Shown: piece by piece, positions 18,442-27,924 of the stretch
Numbering within the stretch: position 1 is the stretch's first letter
How the letters are laid out: each line of letters opens with the position of its first letter
NCBI GenBank assembly: GCA_947628225.1
Contig: CANQYY010000006.1
Coordinates: 22,378 to 86,377, forward strand
Direction of reading: 5' to 3'
Source: an uncultured Lachnospiraceae bacterium
Lineage (GTDB): Bacteria > Bacillota > Clostridia > Lachnospirales > Lachnospiraceae
Length of the DNA stretch: 64,000 nucleotides
Translations under genes and position numbers: made by a program
The notes under the pieces: generated by a model
What the model was told of the DNA's origin: nothing
The model's database searches: none
The model's input: only the letters and a program-made list of their open reading frames with translations

Positions 18442-20172
18442 CTATTCAAATTGGAGTTCGTAAAGCTTTTTGTATATCCCGTCTTCCTCCATCAGCTTAT
18501 CATGGCTTCCGCTTTCTTCAATCCCGTTTTCCGTGAGCACTAATATCGTTTCCGCATTCCGTATTGTGGAGAGGCGGTGGGCGATCACAAAGGTGGTCCT
18601 GTTTTTCGCCAGTACCTCTAAAGATTCCTGCACCACCTTTTCGCTCTCATTATCCAACGCCGAAGTAGCCTCATCAAAAATTAAGATTTCCGGATTTTTC
18701 AAAAAAACTCTGGCAATCGATATTCGCTGCTTCTGTCCGCCGGAAAGTTTTACTCCCCTCTGTCCGATATCGGTTTCATAGCCATCGGGCAGCGACATAA
18801 TAAACTCGTGGGCATTGGCGCTTTTTGCCGCTTCGATTACTTCCTCCCTGGTTGCCTCCGGCCTGCCGTAGCGGATATTGTCATAGATCGTGCCCACAAA
18901 AAGATAGACTTCCTGCTGTACAATTCCGATATGGCTTCTCAGGCTCTTCAACCGGATATTCCGGATGTCGATGCCGTCGATGCGGATGCAGCCTCCGGTC
19001 ACATCATAAAATCGGGGAATCAGGCTGCACAGCGTACTCTTTCCCGCGCCGGAGCTTCCCACCAGCGCCATATAAGAACCCGCTTTGACAGAGAGATTGA
19101 CATGATTCAGCACCTTCTGGGCATTTTCCTCATACCGGAAACTGACATTTTCAAAATCAATGTCCCCCTTTACCTTATCGATCTTACATGCCCCGGGGGA
19201 ATCCTTAATATCCGGCTGTATATTCAAAATTTCCATAAAACGTTCAAAACCGGTGTAGCCGTTCTGAAACTGCTCCGTAAAATCAATGAGGGTTTTTACC
19301 GGCTCCGTAAAAATATTGATATATAACAAAAACGTGATTAAATCCGTTACCGATACGATACCTCTGGTAATAAAGATCGCTCCCGATATTAATACGACAA
19401 TCTGGATCAGGGTGGTAAAGGCGCCCAGTCCTGCCTGGTATCCGCCCATATAGAGATAGCTGTCCTTTTTGGCGCTGAGAAAACCATCGTTTCCCTGTTT
19501 AAATTTCCTTTTTTCGATTTCCTCATTGGCAAAGGATTTTACCACCCGGATGCCGGAAAGGTTATCCTCTATCTGCGCGTTGATCTCAGCGATCTGTACC
19601 CGGTTTTTCTTAAATGCCCGTTTCATCTTCCGGTTAAAATAATAAGCATAGGCAAACATAAACGGAATAAGGGCAAAGGCAGCCAGCGCCAGATACGGGC
19701 TGATGACAAACAATATCACAAAGGCGCCGATTATTTTTATCAGGGAGATCACAAGGTTTTCGGGCCCATGGTGCAAAAGCTCCGTAATATCAAATAAATC
19801 CGAGGTAATCCTTGACATAAGCTGTCCTACCTTCTGTTCGTCATAAAAAGAAAATGACAGCTTCTGGTAGTGGGCAAAAATTTCCGCCCTCATGTCATAT
19901 TCCATTTTGGCTCCCATAACGTGCCCGTAATTTGAAATAAAAAACTTGCAGTAGCATTCCACCGCTACCAAGCCAATCATCAGCGCCCCCAGAATAAGAA
20001 TGCTGTGTAACGCCTCCTCCGGCGGCCGTTTGATAACATTGGCGGTAATATACCGGACGAGAATCGGAATGACTAACGTAGTCCCGGATGCCAGCAGGGC
20101 AAAAAACATGTCCGCTATAAACACGTTCAGATAGGGTTTATAATAGCTTACCATCTTTTTTAAATTCTTCAC
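18442..20172 (-). CDS. ABC exporter, fused permease/ATPase
   Basis: TM domain, GSSGAGKST, LSGGQKQR, IFDEATSALD; GTG start. Confidence 0.95.
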   Translation of the reverse strand: MKNLKKMVSYYKPYLNVFIADMFFALLASGTTLVIPILVRYITANVIKRPPEEALHSILILGALMIGLVAVECYCKFFISNYGHVMGAKMEYDMRAEIFAHYQKLSFSFYDEQKVGQLMSRITSDLFDITELLHHGPENLVISLIKIIGAFVILFVISPYLALAAFALIPFMFAYAYYFNRKMKRAFKKNRVQIAEINAQIEDNLSGIRVVKSFANEEIEKRKFKQGNDGFLSAKKDSYLYMGGYQAGLGAFTTLIQIVVLISGAIFITRGIVSVTDLITFLLYINIFTEPVKTLIDFTEQFQNGYTGFERFMEILNIQPDIKDSPGACKIDKVKGDIDFENVSFRYEENAQKVLNHVNLSVKAGSYMALVGSSGAGKSTLCSLIPRFYDVTGGCIRIDGIDIRNIRLKSLRSHIGIVQQEVYLFVGTIYDNIRYGRPEATREEVIEAAKSANAHEFIMSLPDGYETDIGQRGVKLSGGQKQRISIARVFLKNPEILIFDEATSALDNESEKVVQESLEVLAKNRTTFVIAHRLSTIRNAETILVLTENGIEESGSHDKLMEEDGIYKKLYELQFE

Positions 20173-20258
20173 GACAATACCTCCCCTGAAAAAGCATTTT
20201 ATTTTCTCCTCTTTTCCGGTTCCTCCCTTTTCCCGCCTGCCGGTTATGTAAAAAAGGG

Positions 20259-21455
20259 TTATGCCTGCCGGTAGCTCTCCGCCAGCGCCTTAAAGGCGGG
20301 CAGGGCGCGTTCAATCTGCCCGGTGGATACGCAATAGGAAATCCGCACAAAGCCCGGCGTCCCAAAGCTGTCTGCCGGAACGATCAGAAGTTCAAACTCC
20401 TTTGCCTTTTCCGCAAAAGCATTGGCGTCCTTTTCCAACGCCTCTACAAAGAGATAAAAAGCGCCGTCCGGCTTGATGCAGCGATAGCCATATTCTGTCA
20501 GGGCATTGTAAAGAAGGTCGCGGTTTTTCTTATAAATGGATATGTCTGACGTTTTTCCCATGCACCGCGCCACCACCTGCTGAAACATGCTGGGAGCGCA
20601 CACATAGCCCAGCGCCCTTCCGGCGCCGCATATGGCGGCATAAATCATTTCCCAGTTCTCTGCTTTATCCGAAACAGCGATATAACCGATCCGCTCTCCC
20701 GGCAGGGACAGGGATTTGCTGTAGGAATAGCATACAATGGTATTGTCGTAATAATTCATCAGATACGGAACCGTTACCTCCCCGTAAACCAGTTCGCGGT
20801 ACGGCTCATCGGAAATAAGAAAAATGGCATGCCCATATTCCTTTTGTTTTCTCTCAAGGATTTCACAGAGCTTTTTAATGCACTCTTCCCGGATCACAAC
20901 ACCGGACGGGTTATTCGGCGAGTTTAATATCACGCCCTTTGTGTGCGGCGTAACGGCATTCTCAAATGCCTCGCAATCAATTTGAAAGTCCTCAGGGTTA
21001 CTGTCTGCCACCACGAAAGCCGCTCCTGCATTTTCTACAAACACACGGTATTCCGGAAAGAACGGGGCAAAGGTAATAAATTCATCCCCTTCCTCTGTCA
21101 GAGCCTTCAGAGAAATCGTCAGGGAAGCCGCCGCCCCCACCGTAAGATAAAGGCTGTCCGCCGTAAGAGTGGTGCCATGCTGCCGGTTAATATAATCTGC
21201 GATAATTTTTCTCACGCCGGCATCTCCCTGCGCCGAAGTATAACTGTGCAGTAAAAGTTCATCTCCATTCTGCAAAAGGTCTAACGCCGCCTCCCTGACA
21301 CAGGAGGGCGCCGGAACGCTGGGATTTCCAAGGCTGAAGTCAAACACCCTGTCTGCCCCGATTTCTGCTTTTCTTTTATTCCCATACTCAAACAAATCAC
21401 GAATAACGGAACGATTCGTCCCCAGTTTTACCATATCCTGCGATACCATATCCAT
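20259..21455 (-). CDS. PLP-dependent class I aminotransferase (AspB-like)
   Basis: NSPNNPSG, SDEPY, SYSKSLSLPGERIGY. Confidence 0.93.
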   Translation of the reverse strand: MDMVSQDMVKLGTNRSVIRDLFEYGNKRKAEIGADRVFDFSLGNPSVPAPSCVREAALDLLQNGDELLLHSYTSAQGDAGVRKIIADYINRQHGTTLTADSLYLTVGAAASLTISLKALTEEGDEFITFAPFFPEYRVFVENAGAAFVVADSNPEDFQIDCEAFENAVTPHTKGVILNSPNNPSGVVIREECIKKLCEILERKQKEYGHAIFLISDEPYRELVYGEVTVPYLMNYYDNTIVCYSYSKSLSLPGERIGYIAVSDKAENWEMIYAAICGAGRALGYVCAPSMFQQVVARCMGKTSDISIYKKNRDLLYNALTEYGYRCIKPDGAFYLFVEALEKDANAFAEKAKEFELLIVPADSFGTPGFVRISYCVSTGQIERALPAFKALAESYRQA

Positions 21456-21600
21456 GTACTCCTTTCCTTTTCTCGCACATATTTTTGGTATTAATTATAT
21501 ACGGACTATCCACATTTTGCAACAGAAAAAACGCTGATATAAGCCGCCCGGACGGGGTTATGCCAGCGTTTTACTGCCTTGTATCTTTTAGGGGACGGGC

Positions 21601-22203
21601 TTAAAAAAACCAAAAGCCCCGTTGTCGGCTGACGCCGCACTGCATTCTCTGTAAAAGCTCCTGCATCTGCCGGATTCCCCGCTTCTGAGATGTCAATATG
21701 GCGTCCAGAATCGGCTCCAATTCCGGACAGATCGGCTCTGCCAGCGCCGTTTCGCTCATTTCCACGGCGCCCTTATGATGGGGAATCATTTCCCACATGA
21801 AATTACAGTTAATTTCGTTTGAAGCCCTGGCGTTTTCCATGGCGGAAAACATATGCTGTATAATGTGGTTCATACGGCATTGATAGTTTTCTAACTCCCG
21901 CGGGGAATTTTCCGTCCCGAAACAGCAGCAGAGAATATCCTCCATATCCTGAATGCTCTTTTCCTGCTCCTTTATGATGCCGGTAGCAATATCCTGTATG
22001 GCAAGATTTGTTGTAAAGCGAAGTATATTTTTACTCATTTTGATAGCTGCCTGATGATGGGGGATCATCTGTACAATAAAATTATGGGAAATACTCTCCG
22101 TCAAATCTGCCGTAGTCATCCCTTCTATCATTTCCTCCAGAATGCAGTGGAATTCCTGTATATAATCCTTAGTGACATCGCTTATTCTGCTTGGTCTGTT
22201 CAT
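21601..22203 (-). CDS. DUF305 (ferritin-like) domain protein
   Basis: Two MIPHHxxA motifs, each followed by I...Q..xI..M. Confidence 0.85.
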   Translation of the reverse strand: MNRPSRISDVTKDYIQEFHCILEEMIEGMTTADLTESISHNFIVQMIPHHQAAIKMSKNILRFTTNLAIQDIATGIIKEQEKSIQDMEDILCCCFGTENSPRELENYQCRMNHIIQHMFSAMENARASNEINCNFMWEMIPHHKGAVEMSETALAEPICPELEPILDAILTSQKRGIRQMQELLQRMQCGVSRQRGFWFF

Positions 22204-22261
22204 AGAAATAATCCTTATGTCTTTTCATTCATTTCTATTTTATGCAGCAGGCTCTGTCATT

Positions 22262-23593
22262 CTACAGAATTTTTCCGCTGAGAAGCCCTCCCCCTTCTAT
22301 GGAAAATCTCGCTTCCTTGCCAAAAAGGCGCAGGACGCAGTTTTTCTTTTCCCCGCCCCGGTTTAAAAGGACAAAGACAAGTTCCCCGGTGGGATTTTCC
22401 CATGCCGTCATATCCAGCTCCCCGGTATAGCAGGTATGGGCGATCCGTCTGGCTCCCGGTTTAATAAAACAGGAAAAATGCCAATAACATTGCGCCGTTT
22501 TCCTCATCATTAAATTTTTCTTTTTTTCGTCATAGAGAAAGGGAGCATCGCAGAAGTTCCCCCCGTGATTCGGTCCCCCCTGCTGGTTGAGAAGAATATT
22601 CCCGCCATAAAAGGCGCAGATCCCATGATTGAGATCGCCTATCATATCGTGGGCGAGCTTCATGGCATTGCGATTTTCCCTTTCCTTATCAATTTTACTA
22701 TAGGGCAGACAACTCTCCGACAATATCAGTTTCATATCCGGATACTGCGTTTGAACCAAATCCAGCGCCTCAAAGTGGTCGCCGCTCTGCCAGTGGACGG
22801 CGGCGCCCGCTATCATCTTTTCCGTCTGCCCGTCCGCTACAGCGCTGACCCGCTCAAATACCCTCTCCTTATTATCGTCCCATATAAAAACCTCTACCCC
22901 GGACAGCTTTTCTTTTTCCATCTGGGAATAAAGGAAATCTCTCAAAAATATTTTTTCCTCCTCGTCAGTAAAGGTGCAGGAATCCCACGGATGTCCTTCC
23001 CCCGGCTCGTTCTGTATGGAAATTCTTTCCACCTCGTAACCCCGGCTCTGATATTCTTTAATATAACGGCAGATATATTCCGCCCACAGCGGATAATATT
23101 CTTTTTTCAGGCTGCCGCCCCCCTTTCTGCTCTTATTGGTTTTCATCCAGGACGGCGGCGACCAGGGGGAAAGCATCAGCTTTAGCCCGTCTTTGGCGCA
23201 GGCTCTTGCCATTTCCAAAAAAGGCAGTATATAGCGTTTTGCCTCTCTCATGGAGAAACTGGACAGCGATTCATCCATGGGTTTTACCGCTTCATGCATG
23301 TGGGGGGAAAAGTCACAGCTGTCAATGGGGATCCGAATCCGGTTGCAGCTCATCTGCCCCGGATCAAAGCAAAAAGATAAAAACTTTTTTTTCTGCGATT
23401 TATACATTTTGGAAAATACCATGCCGGAGGCATCGGTAACCGAGCAGCCAAATCCATCAAACTGCTGTCCCTTAACCTGAGGGTAAAGATTTAACACCTG
23501 ATTTTCTTCCCCGGTATCCTGCTGGAATAAAACTCTTTTTTCTTTTTTCAGCCAGTCGCTTCCCCCGTGCGTCTGTGTCAGTATCAGCTCCAA
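22262..23593 (-). CDS. GH30 glucosylceramidase-like glycoside hydrolase (divergent)
   Basis: SCDFS, SPWSPP, QNEP, SESC, GGPNH. TTG start at 23593 after aaggag. Confidence 0.85.
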   Translation of the reverse strand: MELILTQTHGGSDWLKKEKRVLFQQDTGEENQVLNLYPQVKGQQFDGFGCSVTDASGMVFSKMYKSQKKKFLSFCFDPGQMSCNRIRIPIDSCDFSPHMHEAVKPMDESLSSFSMREAKRYILPFLEMARACAKDGLKLMLSPWSPPSWMKTNKSRKGGGSLKKEYYPLWAEYICRYIKEYQSRGYEVERISIQNEPGEGHPWDSCTFTDEEEKIFLRDFLYSQMEKEKLSGVEVFIWDDNKERVFERVSAVADGQTEKMIAGAAVHWQSGDHFEALDLVQTQYPDMKLILSESCLPYSKIDKERENRNAMKLAHDMIGDLNHGICAFYGGNILLNQQGGPNHGGNFCDAPFLYDEKKKNLMMRKTAQCYWHFSCFIKPGARRIAHTCYTGELDMTAWENPTGELVFVLLNRGGEKKNCVLRLFGKEARFSIEGGGLLSGKIL

Positions 23594-23610
23594 AAGACCG
23601 CTCCTTTCTC

Positions 23611-25572
23611 TTATTTTTCTACTAAAATCCTGACATCCCAATCCAATAGGGAAATACTGTCGTTATATTGATAGACCTCCCCGGAAATAATATCCCGCGC
23701 CTCACGGTAGGGACAGGGTATTTCCTCCTTCTCATCACTGTAATGCAGGATATAATGCAGATTTTCCCCCCGTTCATTTATCCCATTGCGGATAATAATT
23801 GGAAATGTAAATTTCGGCAAAAAAAGTCCGGCTCTTTTCGCCGCCTCCTGATATATCTCTTTTAATACAGCCTTTGTCGTATAACAGCCTATATAAAAGG
23901 CGCTGCCCTTTTTATAAGCATGCGTCAGAATACCGGCGTATCTTCCCCAGTATTTATGCTCATAAAAAACGCCTCCGCAATCCTTATCGGGAACGAGAAG
24001 CTCTGCCATATACCTGACCGGCTGATTTTTTAAGGTCGCAGTCCCCGGCTCCGTAAATTGTGTATAACTGCCGCCAAAGCACTCCGTCAGCACATGGGGC
24101 AGCCTGTCATGGTACACGGTGAGCTTTTCATCCGCCACAAAGGATTTAAAAGAACTTACTAACACACCGCCCTCTGCCACAAATTCTTTCAGGTCGTAAA
24201 TGGTCTGCTCCGAGGCGCAGTAAAGGGCAGGAACTACTATCATGGAATATTTTTTGGCGTCCAGCCCCTGTACATCTACCACATCGCATTCCAGATTCAT
24301 CTCATAAAGGCTGTCATACATCCAGCGCACGACATCATTGTAACTTAATTCCTCATCGATGGGAAACCATTGCAGGGCGGTCAGGCTCCGGCTGTCAACA
24401 ACAAGGGCAATCTTATTTTTCTTTTTTAAATGCCGGACGCTGCTGCCGAGCTTATCCCATTCCTTCCCTATCCGGGCAATCTCCTCATATATGGGATTGG
24501 ATTCCAGATCATGGCTGAGGATTCCTTTAAAATAGGTTTCAAAGCCGTTATGATGAGAATGCCATCCCCGGTAAATCAATCCGTCGGCGCCGTTAGCCAG
24601 ATGGCTGTAGGCATGCAGCTTTAGCTGTCCCGGAAAGGGCGTCCAGTTTTTAATCGCCTGGGACTGGCATTCCAGCACGAGATAATTATCCTGTTTCAAA
24701 CTGCGGATTGAGTCGCCCCCGAAAGCAATTTCCGCTCCCGTCAGCTCCTGCTGCGTCGGGTGGTAAATATCCGCCCCGGCTACCGTCAATGCCTTTGCCG
24801 CCTCCCAGTGGTTAATATCCGGCGGCAGCCCATAGCAGCCCCCGCCCCGGCTGATCTCCGTCCTGCCTTTGTTCCGGCAAAAATCAAAATTATGGGTAAT
24901 AAACTGTTCCCGGCGTTTGTATTCCTTCACAAGACCGGATTGCCAGCTAAGGTACCCGGCTGCCAGTGAGCGCCGGAAACGTTGGAATTCACTCGCCAGA
25001 CCGCCATGGGTACAGCCTGCCATATCGGGAAAATCTTCCCACTCTGAAAGCGAATGGCTCCCGTGGGCAAGGCCAAATGCCTGATTCAGCCTTTCTGTCG
25101 TCCGGAATGTTTCTTTTAGCTTTTCGACAAATAATCTCTGCGCCTCAGAAAAGGAGGTTTCATACTGCTTCAGTCCATCGTCTATTTGAAAGCCGATAAC
25201 GGACGGGTGCCCCGCCGTATGCTCTAAAAGTTTACGGATTATATTTTCCGCCTGTTGGCGAAAAACGGGACTCATCCTATCCGGGTGAGCTTTTGCCAGC
25301 CATGCCGGGACGGCGCAGGTCGGCATACTGATGATCACATACATTTCCGCCTCCTTTGCCGCAGACAAGACCCGGTCGATATAAGAAAAGTTATATTCTC
25401 CCTTCTTTGGCTCCAGAGTGCTCCATGTGGATTCCGCAATGCGGAGCACATTCATTCCGGCTTTTTTCATCATGCCAATATCCTCGTTTAACCGTTCTCT
25501 TAGCATGTATTCGGGATAATAGGCTGCCCCGAACAATAAATTTTCACTTTTGGTTTCTCTGCTCTGTTTCAT
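23611..25572 (-). CDS. GH42 beta-galactosidase-like protein, apparently lacking the acid/base Glu
   Basis: RIAESTWSTLEP, HNFD, VLEC and trimerisation domain; FQIDDG where the family has DNE. Confidence 0.85.
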   Translation of the reverse strand: MKQSRETKSENLLFGAAYYPEYMLRERLNEDIGMMKKAGMNVLRIAESTWSTLEPKKGEYNFSYIDRVLSAAKEAEMYVIISMPTCAVPAWLAKAHPDRMSPVFRQQAENIIRKLLEHTAGHPSVIGFQIDDGLKQYETSFSEAQRLFVEKLKETFRTTERLNQAFGLAHGSHSLSEWEDFPDMAGCTHGGLASEFQRFRRSLAAGYLSWQSGLVKEYKRREQFITHNFDFCRNKGRTEISRGGGCYGLPPDINHWEAAKALTVAGADIYHPTQQELTGAEIAFGGDSIRSLKQDNYLVLECQSQAIKNWTPFPGQLKLHAYSHLANGADGLIYRGWHSHHNGFETYFKGILSHDLESNPIYEEIARIGKEWDKLGSSVRHLKKKNKIALVVDSRSLTALQWFPIDEELSYNDVVRWMYDSLYEMNLECDVVDVQGLDAKKYSMIVVPALYCASEQTIYDLKEFVAEGGVLVSSFKSFVADEKLTVYHDRLPHVLTECFGGSYTQFTEPGTATLKNQPVRYMAELLVPDKDCGGVFYEHKYWGRYAGILTHAYKKGSAFYIGCYTTKAVLKEIYQEAAKRAGLFLPKFTFPIIIRNGINERGENLHYILHYSDEKEEIPCPYREARDIISGEVYQYNDSISLLDWDVRILVEK

Positions 25573-25693
25573 AACATTTTCACTTTATCCTTTTTATTTT
25601 CATCTATTTCTTAGCATTGACATCCCTTTCCAAAAAAATACACACCGAACTTCAAACAAAAAAATTCGGTGTGTTTAAAATTTATCATAATTT

Positions 25694-26485
25694 TTAATGA
25701 AGATTGTCCAGTAAAAAGGAATGATTCAGAGGCCCGCTCCCCTTCCCCAGATTTAGTCCGGCTTTTAACGCCCCGGAAATATATTCCTTCGCTTTTTTTA
25801 TCGCCTCTCTTAAACAGTCCCCTTTTGCCAGATTAGCGGCAATGGCGCTGGACAGGGTGCAGCCGGTTCCATGGGTGTTGGGATTATCAATCCTCTGTCC
25901 CCGCAGCCACAGAGCGCCCTCTTTCGTATATAATAGATCATTGGCATTCCGTAAGCTATGTCCTCCCTTACAGAGGACGCTGCAGTGATATTCCCGGTAA
26001 ATCATTTCTGCCGCTTCCACCATATCGGTATCGGATCGGATCTTTATCCCGGATAGCGCCTCTGTTTCGGGAATGTTCGGCGTAATAACCTCCGCCAGGC
26101 AAAAGAGCTCATTTTTCAGCAGTTCCACCGCCTCTTTATGAATCAAGCCGGCGCCGCTGGTGGCCGCCATGACCGGATCCACAACAATATGGCAGGCGTT
26201 ATACTCCTTCAGCTTTTTCGCAATTTCCAAAATCAACCCTCCGGAGGATACCATGCCTATCTTTACCGCATCCGGCTTTATATCGGAAAAAACGGCGTCC
26301 AGCTGCCGTCCGAGAAATTCCGGCGTTACTTCCATAATGCCGGACACTCCTGTGGTATTCTGCGCCGTCAGCGCCGTAATGGCGCTCATCCCGTAGACGC
26401 CATTCATTGTCATTGTCTTTAGATCCGCCTGAATGCCGGCTCCCCCGCTGGAATCACTGCCGGCTATTGTCAAAGCTGTTTTCAT
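25694..26485 (-). CDS. thiD: Hydroxymethylpyrimidine/phosphomethylpyrimidine kinase
   Basis: ALTIAGSDSSGGAGIQADLK, DPVM, THGTGCTLSSAI. Confidence 0.96.
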   Translation of the reverse strand: MKTALTIAGSDSSGGAGIQADLKTMTMNGVYGMSAITALTAQNTTGVSGIMEVTPEFLGRQLDAVFSDIKPDAVKIGMVSSGGLILEIAKKLKEYNACHIVVDPVMAATSGAGLIHKEAVELLKNELFCLAEVITPNIPETEALSGIKIRSDTDMVEAAEMIYREYHCSVLCKGGHSLRNANDLLYTKEGALWLRGQRIDNPNTHGTGCTLSSAIAANLAKGDCLREAIKKAKEYISGALKAGLNLGKGSGPLNHSFLLDNLH

Positions 26486-26531
26486 TTCCCCCTCCGTTTC
26501 AAGCATCGCAGATTTTCCCCGCCCGCCTCTG

Positions 26532-27098
26532 TCAGAAAGTAAGAATCCCCAAATGTTCCAGAAGGATTTTTACCCCCAGTAAAACTAATACAACACCGCC
26601 AAAAAGCTCCGCTTTTTTTTCATATCGGGAGCCAAAAACATTTCCGATTTTTAAACCGGCCGCCGAAAGAAAAAAAGTCGTGGCGCCAATGAGGAAGACG
26701 GCGGGAAGAATGTCCACCTGCAAAAAGGCGAAAGTCACCCCTGCCGCCAACGCATCAATGCTGGTGGCAACAGCCAGCGGAAGCATGATGCGAAAGGAAA
26801 AAGACGCCTGACACTCTTCCTCCGTTTCCTTATAAGCTTCCCGGATCATATTGGCGCCTATTAGGCATAACAGCCCAAAGGCAATCCAGTGGTCAACAGA
26901 TTCAATCAATTCCCGGAACTGTTTTCCCAGAAGGTATCCGGCAAGGGGCATCAAGGCCTGGAATCCCCCAAAATAGATTCCCACAAGCAGCAAATGGCTT
27001 TTCTTTATTTCCACCTGCGCCAAACCTTTACAGAGCGATACGGCAAAGGCATCCATCGATAACCCCACCGCCAGCAGCAGCAGTTCAAAGACTTCCAT
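26532..27098 (-). CDS. mntP: Manganese efflux pump
   Basis: AVGLSMDAFAVS, ATSIDALAAG; start placed at MEVFELL. Confidence 0.92.
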   Translation of the reverse strand: MEVFELLLLAVGLSMDAFAVSLCKGLAQVEIKKSHLLLVGIYFGGFQALMPLAGYLLGKQFRELIESVDHWIAFGLLCLIGANMIREAYKETEEECQASFSFRIMLPLAVATSIDALAAGVTFAFLQVDILPAVFLIGATTFFLSAAGLKIGNVFGSRYEKKAELFGGVVLVLLGVKILLEHLGILTF

Positions 27099-27129
27099 AT
27101 ATCCTTCACTCCAAAGCATTTTTCTTCTA

Positions 27130-27158
27130 AAAGTATCACATTTCCCCGGTTATGTCAA
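27130..27158 (-). promoter_or_regulatory. sigma-A promoter for mntP-thiD
   Basis: TTGACA-17 nt-TACTTT. Confidence 0.65.
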
Positions 27159-27159
27159 T

Positions 27160-27924
27160 TTAAAACTCTTTCATATATCTGCGGAAGCGGAGGGGCAGCA
27201 TCTGGCGCTGTAAATCTTTATTTGTCCTCTCCTGAATGGCTATGGTATCCACAAATAATTTCCACAATTTCTGCATATCCTCCTCCTCTGCCGAATACCG
27301 CAGCTTCAGCTTATCCAATTCCGCCTCCTCCAAAACCGCATAGTTACAGCCCTGATTTTTTTTATGGATAACGACGCTGCTGTGGATTGTATCCGCAATG
27401 AGCCAGTCCTCGCCGGAGAAGCGGTCGGCAAAATGTTCCGCCACATAGGGAAGAACCTCGCCCTTAGGATTTATTCTGCCAAATAACACACCGTTTTCCA
27501 GTTCTTCAAATCGGAGAAATTCGATAAAGTGATGGATTTCATTTCCGATATTTCTCTCCAATTCAAAAAGAGTCTGCATAAAAGGCGCCGTCAAATGTTC
27601 CATTACCCGTCTTCCCACCTGCAGTCCCTCTACGATAAACCGGTATATGGCATCCGCCTTTTCCTGACGGCTGGAAGCCGCCGCCCGCCGGACAAACTCA
27701 TAGGCTTCGCAGGAAATATCGCGCCGGATTGTGCGCGCTACCTTTACCGCCCTCTCATAATCCGTTTTTACGGAGCGATATTCGCAAAACAACTCCTGAT
27801 TGTATCCCTGTCTGCGAATCCGGAGCTGATTCTGTCCATGGCTGTGCTTTTCCTCATATGCCTGATATACTGCTGAAAAAATCCCCTCCAGAGAATCCTC
27901 GCACAGATAAATATAACGCATCAC
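27160..27924 (-). CDS. TIGR03915/DUF4130 putative DNA repair protein
   Basis: YLCEDSLEGIFSAVY, FIEFLRFEEL, HFADRF, LWKLF...R...LQRQMLPLRFR; overlaps the radical SAM stop by 4 nt. Confidence 0.88.
   Translation of the reverse strand: MMRYIYLCEDSLEGIFSAVYQAYEEKHSHGQNQLRIRRQGYNQELFCEYRSVKTDYERAVKVARTIRRDISCEAYEFVRRAAASSRQEKADAIYRFIVEGLQVGRRVMEHLTAPFMQTLFELERNIGNEIHHFIEFLRFEELENGVLFGRINPKGEVLPYVAEHFADRFSGEDWLIADTIHSSVVIHKKNQGCNYAVLEEAELDKLKLRYSAEEEDMQKLWKLFVDTIAIQERTNKDLQRQMLPLRFRRYMKEF

Noticed and set aside
27098-27160. yybP-ykoY Mn riboswitch before mntP and TPP riboswitch before thiD
   Set aside because: The leaders are too short (about 30 and 46 nt) and contain no motif.
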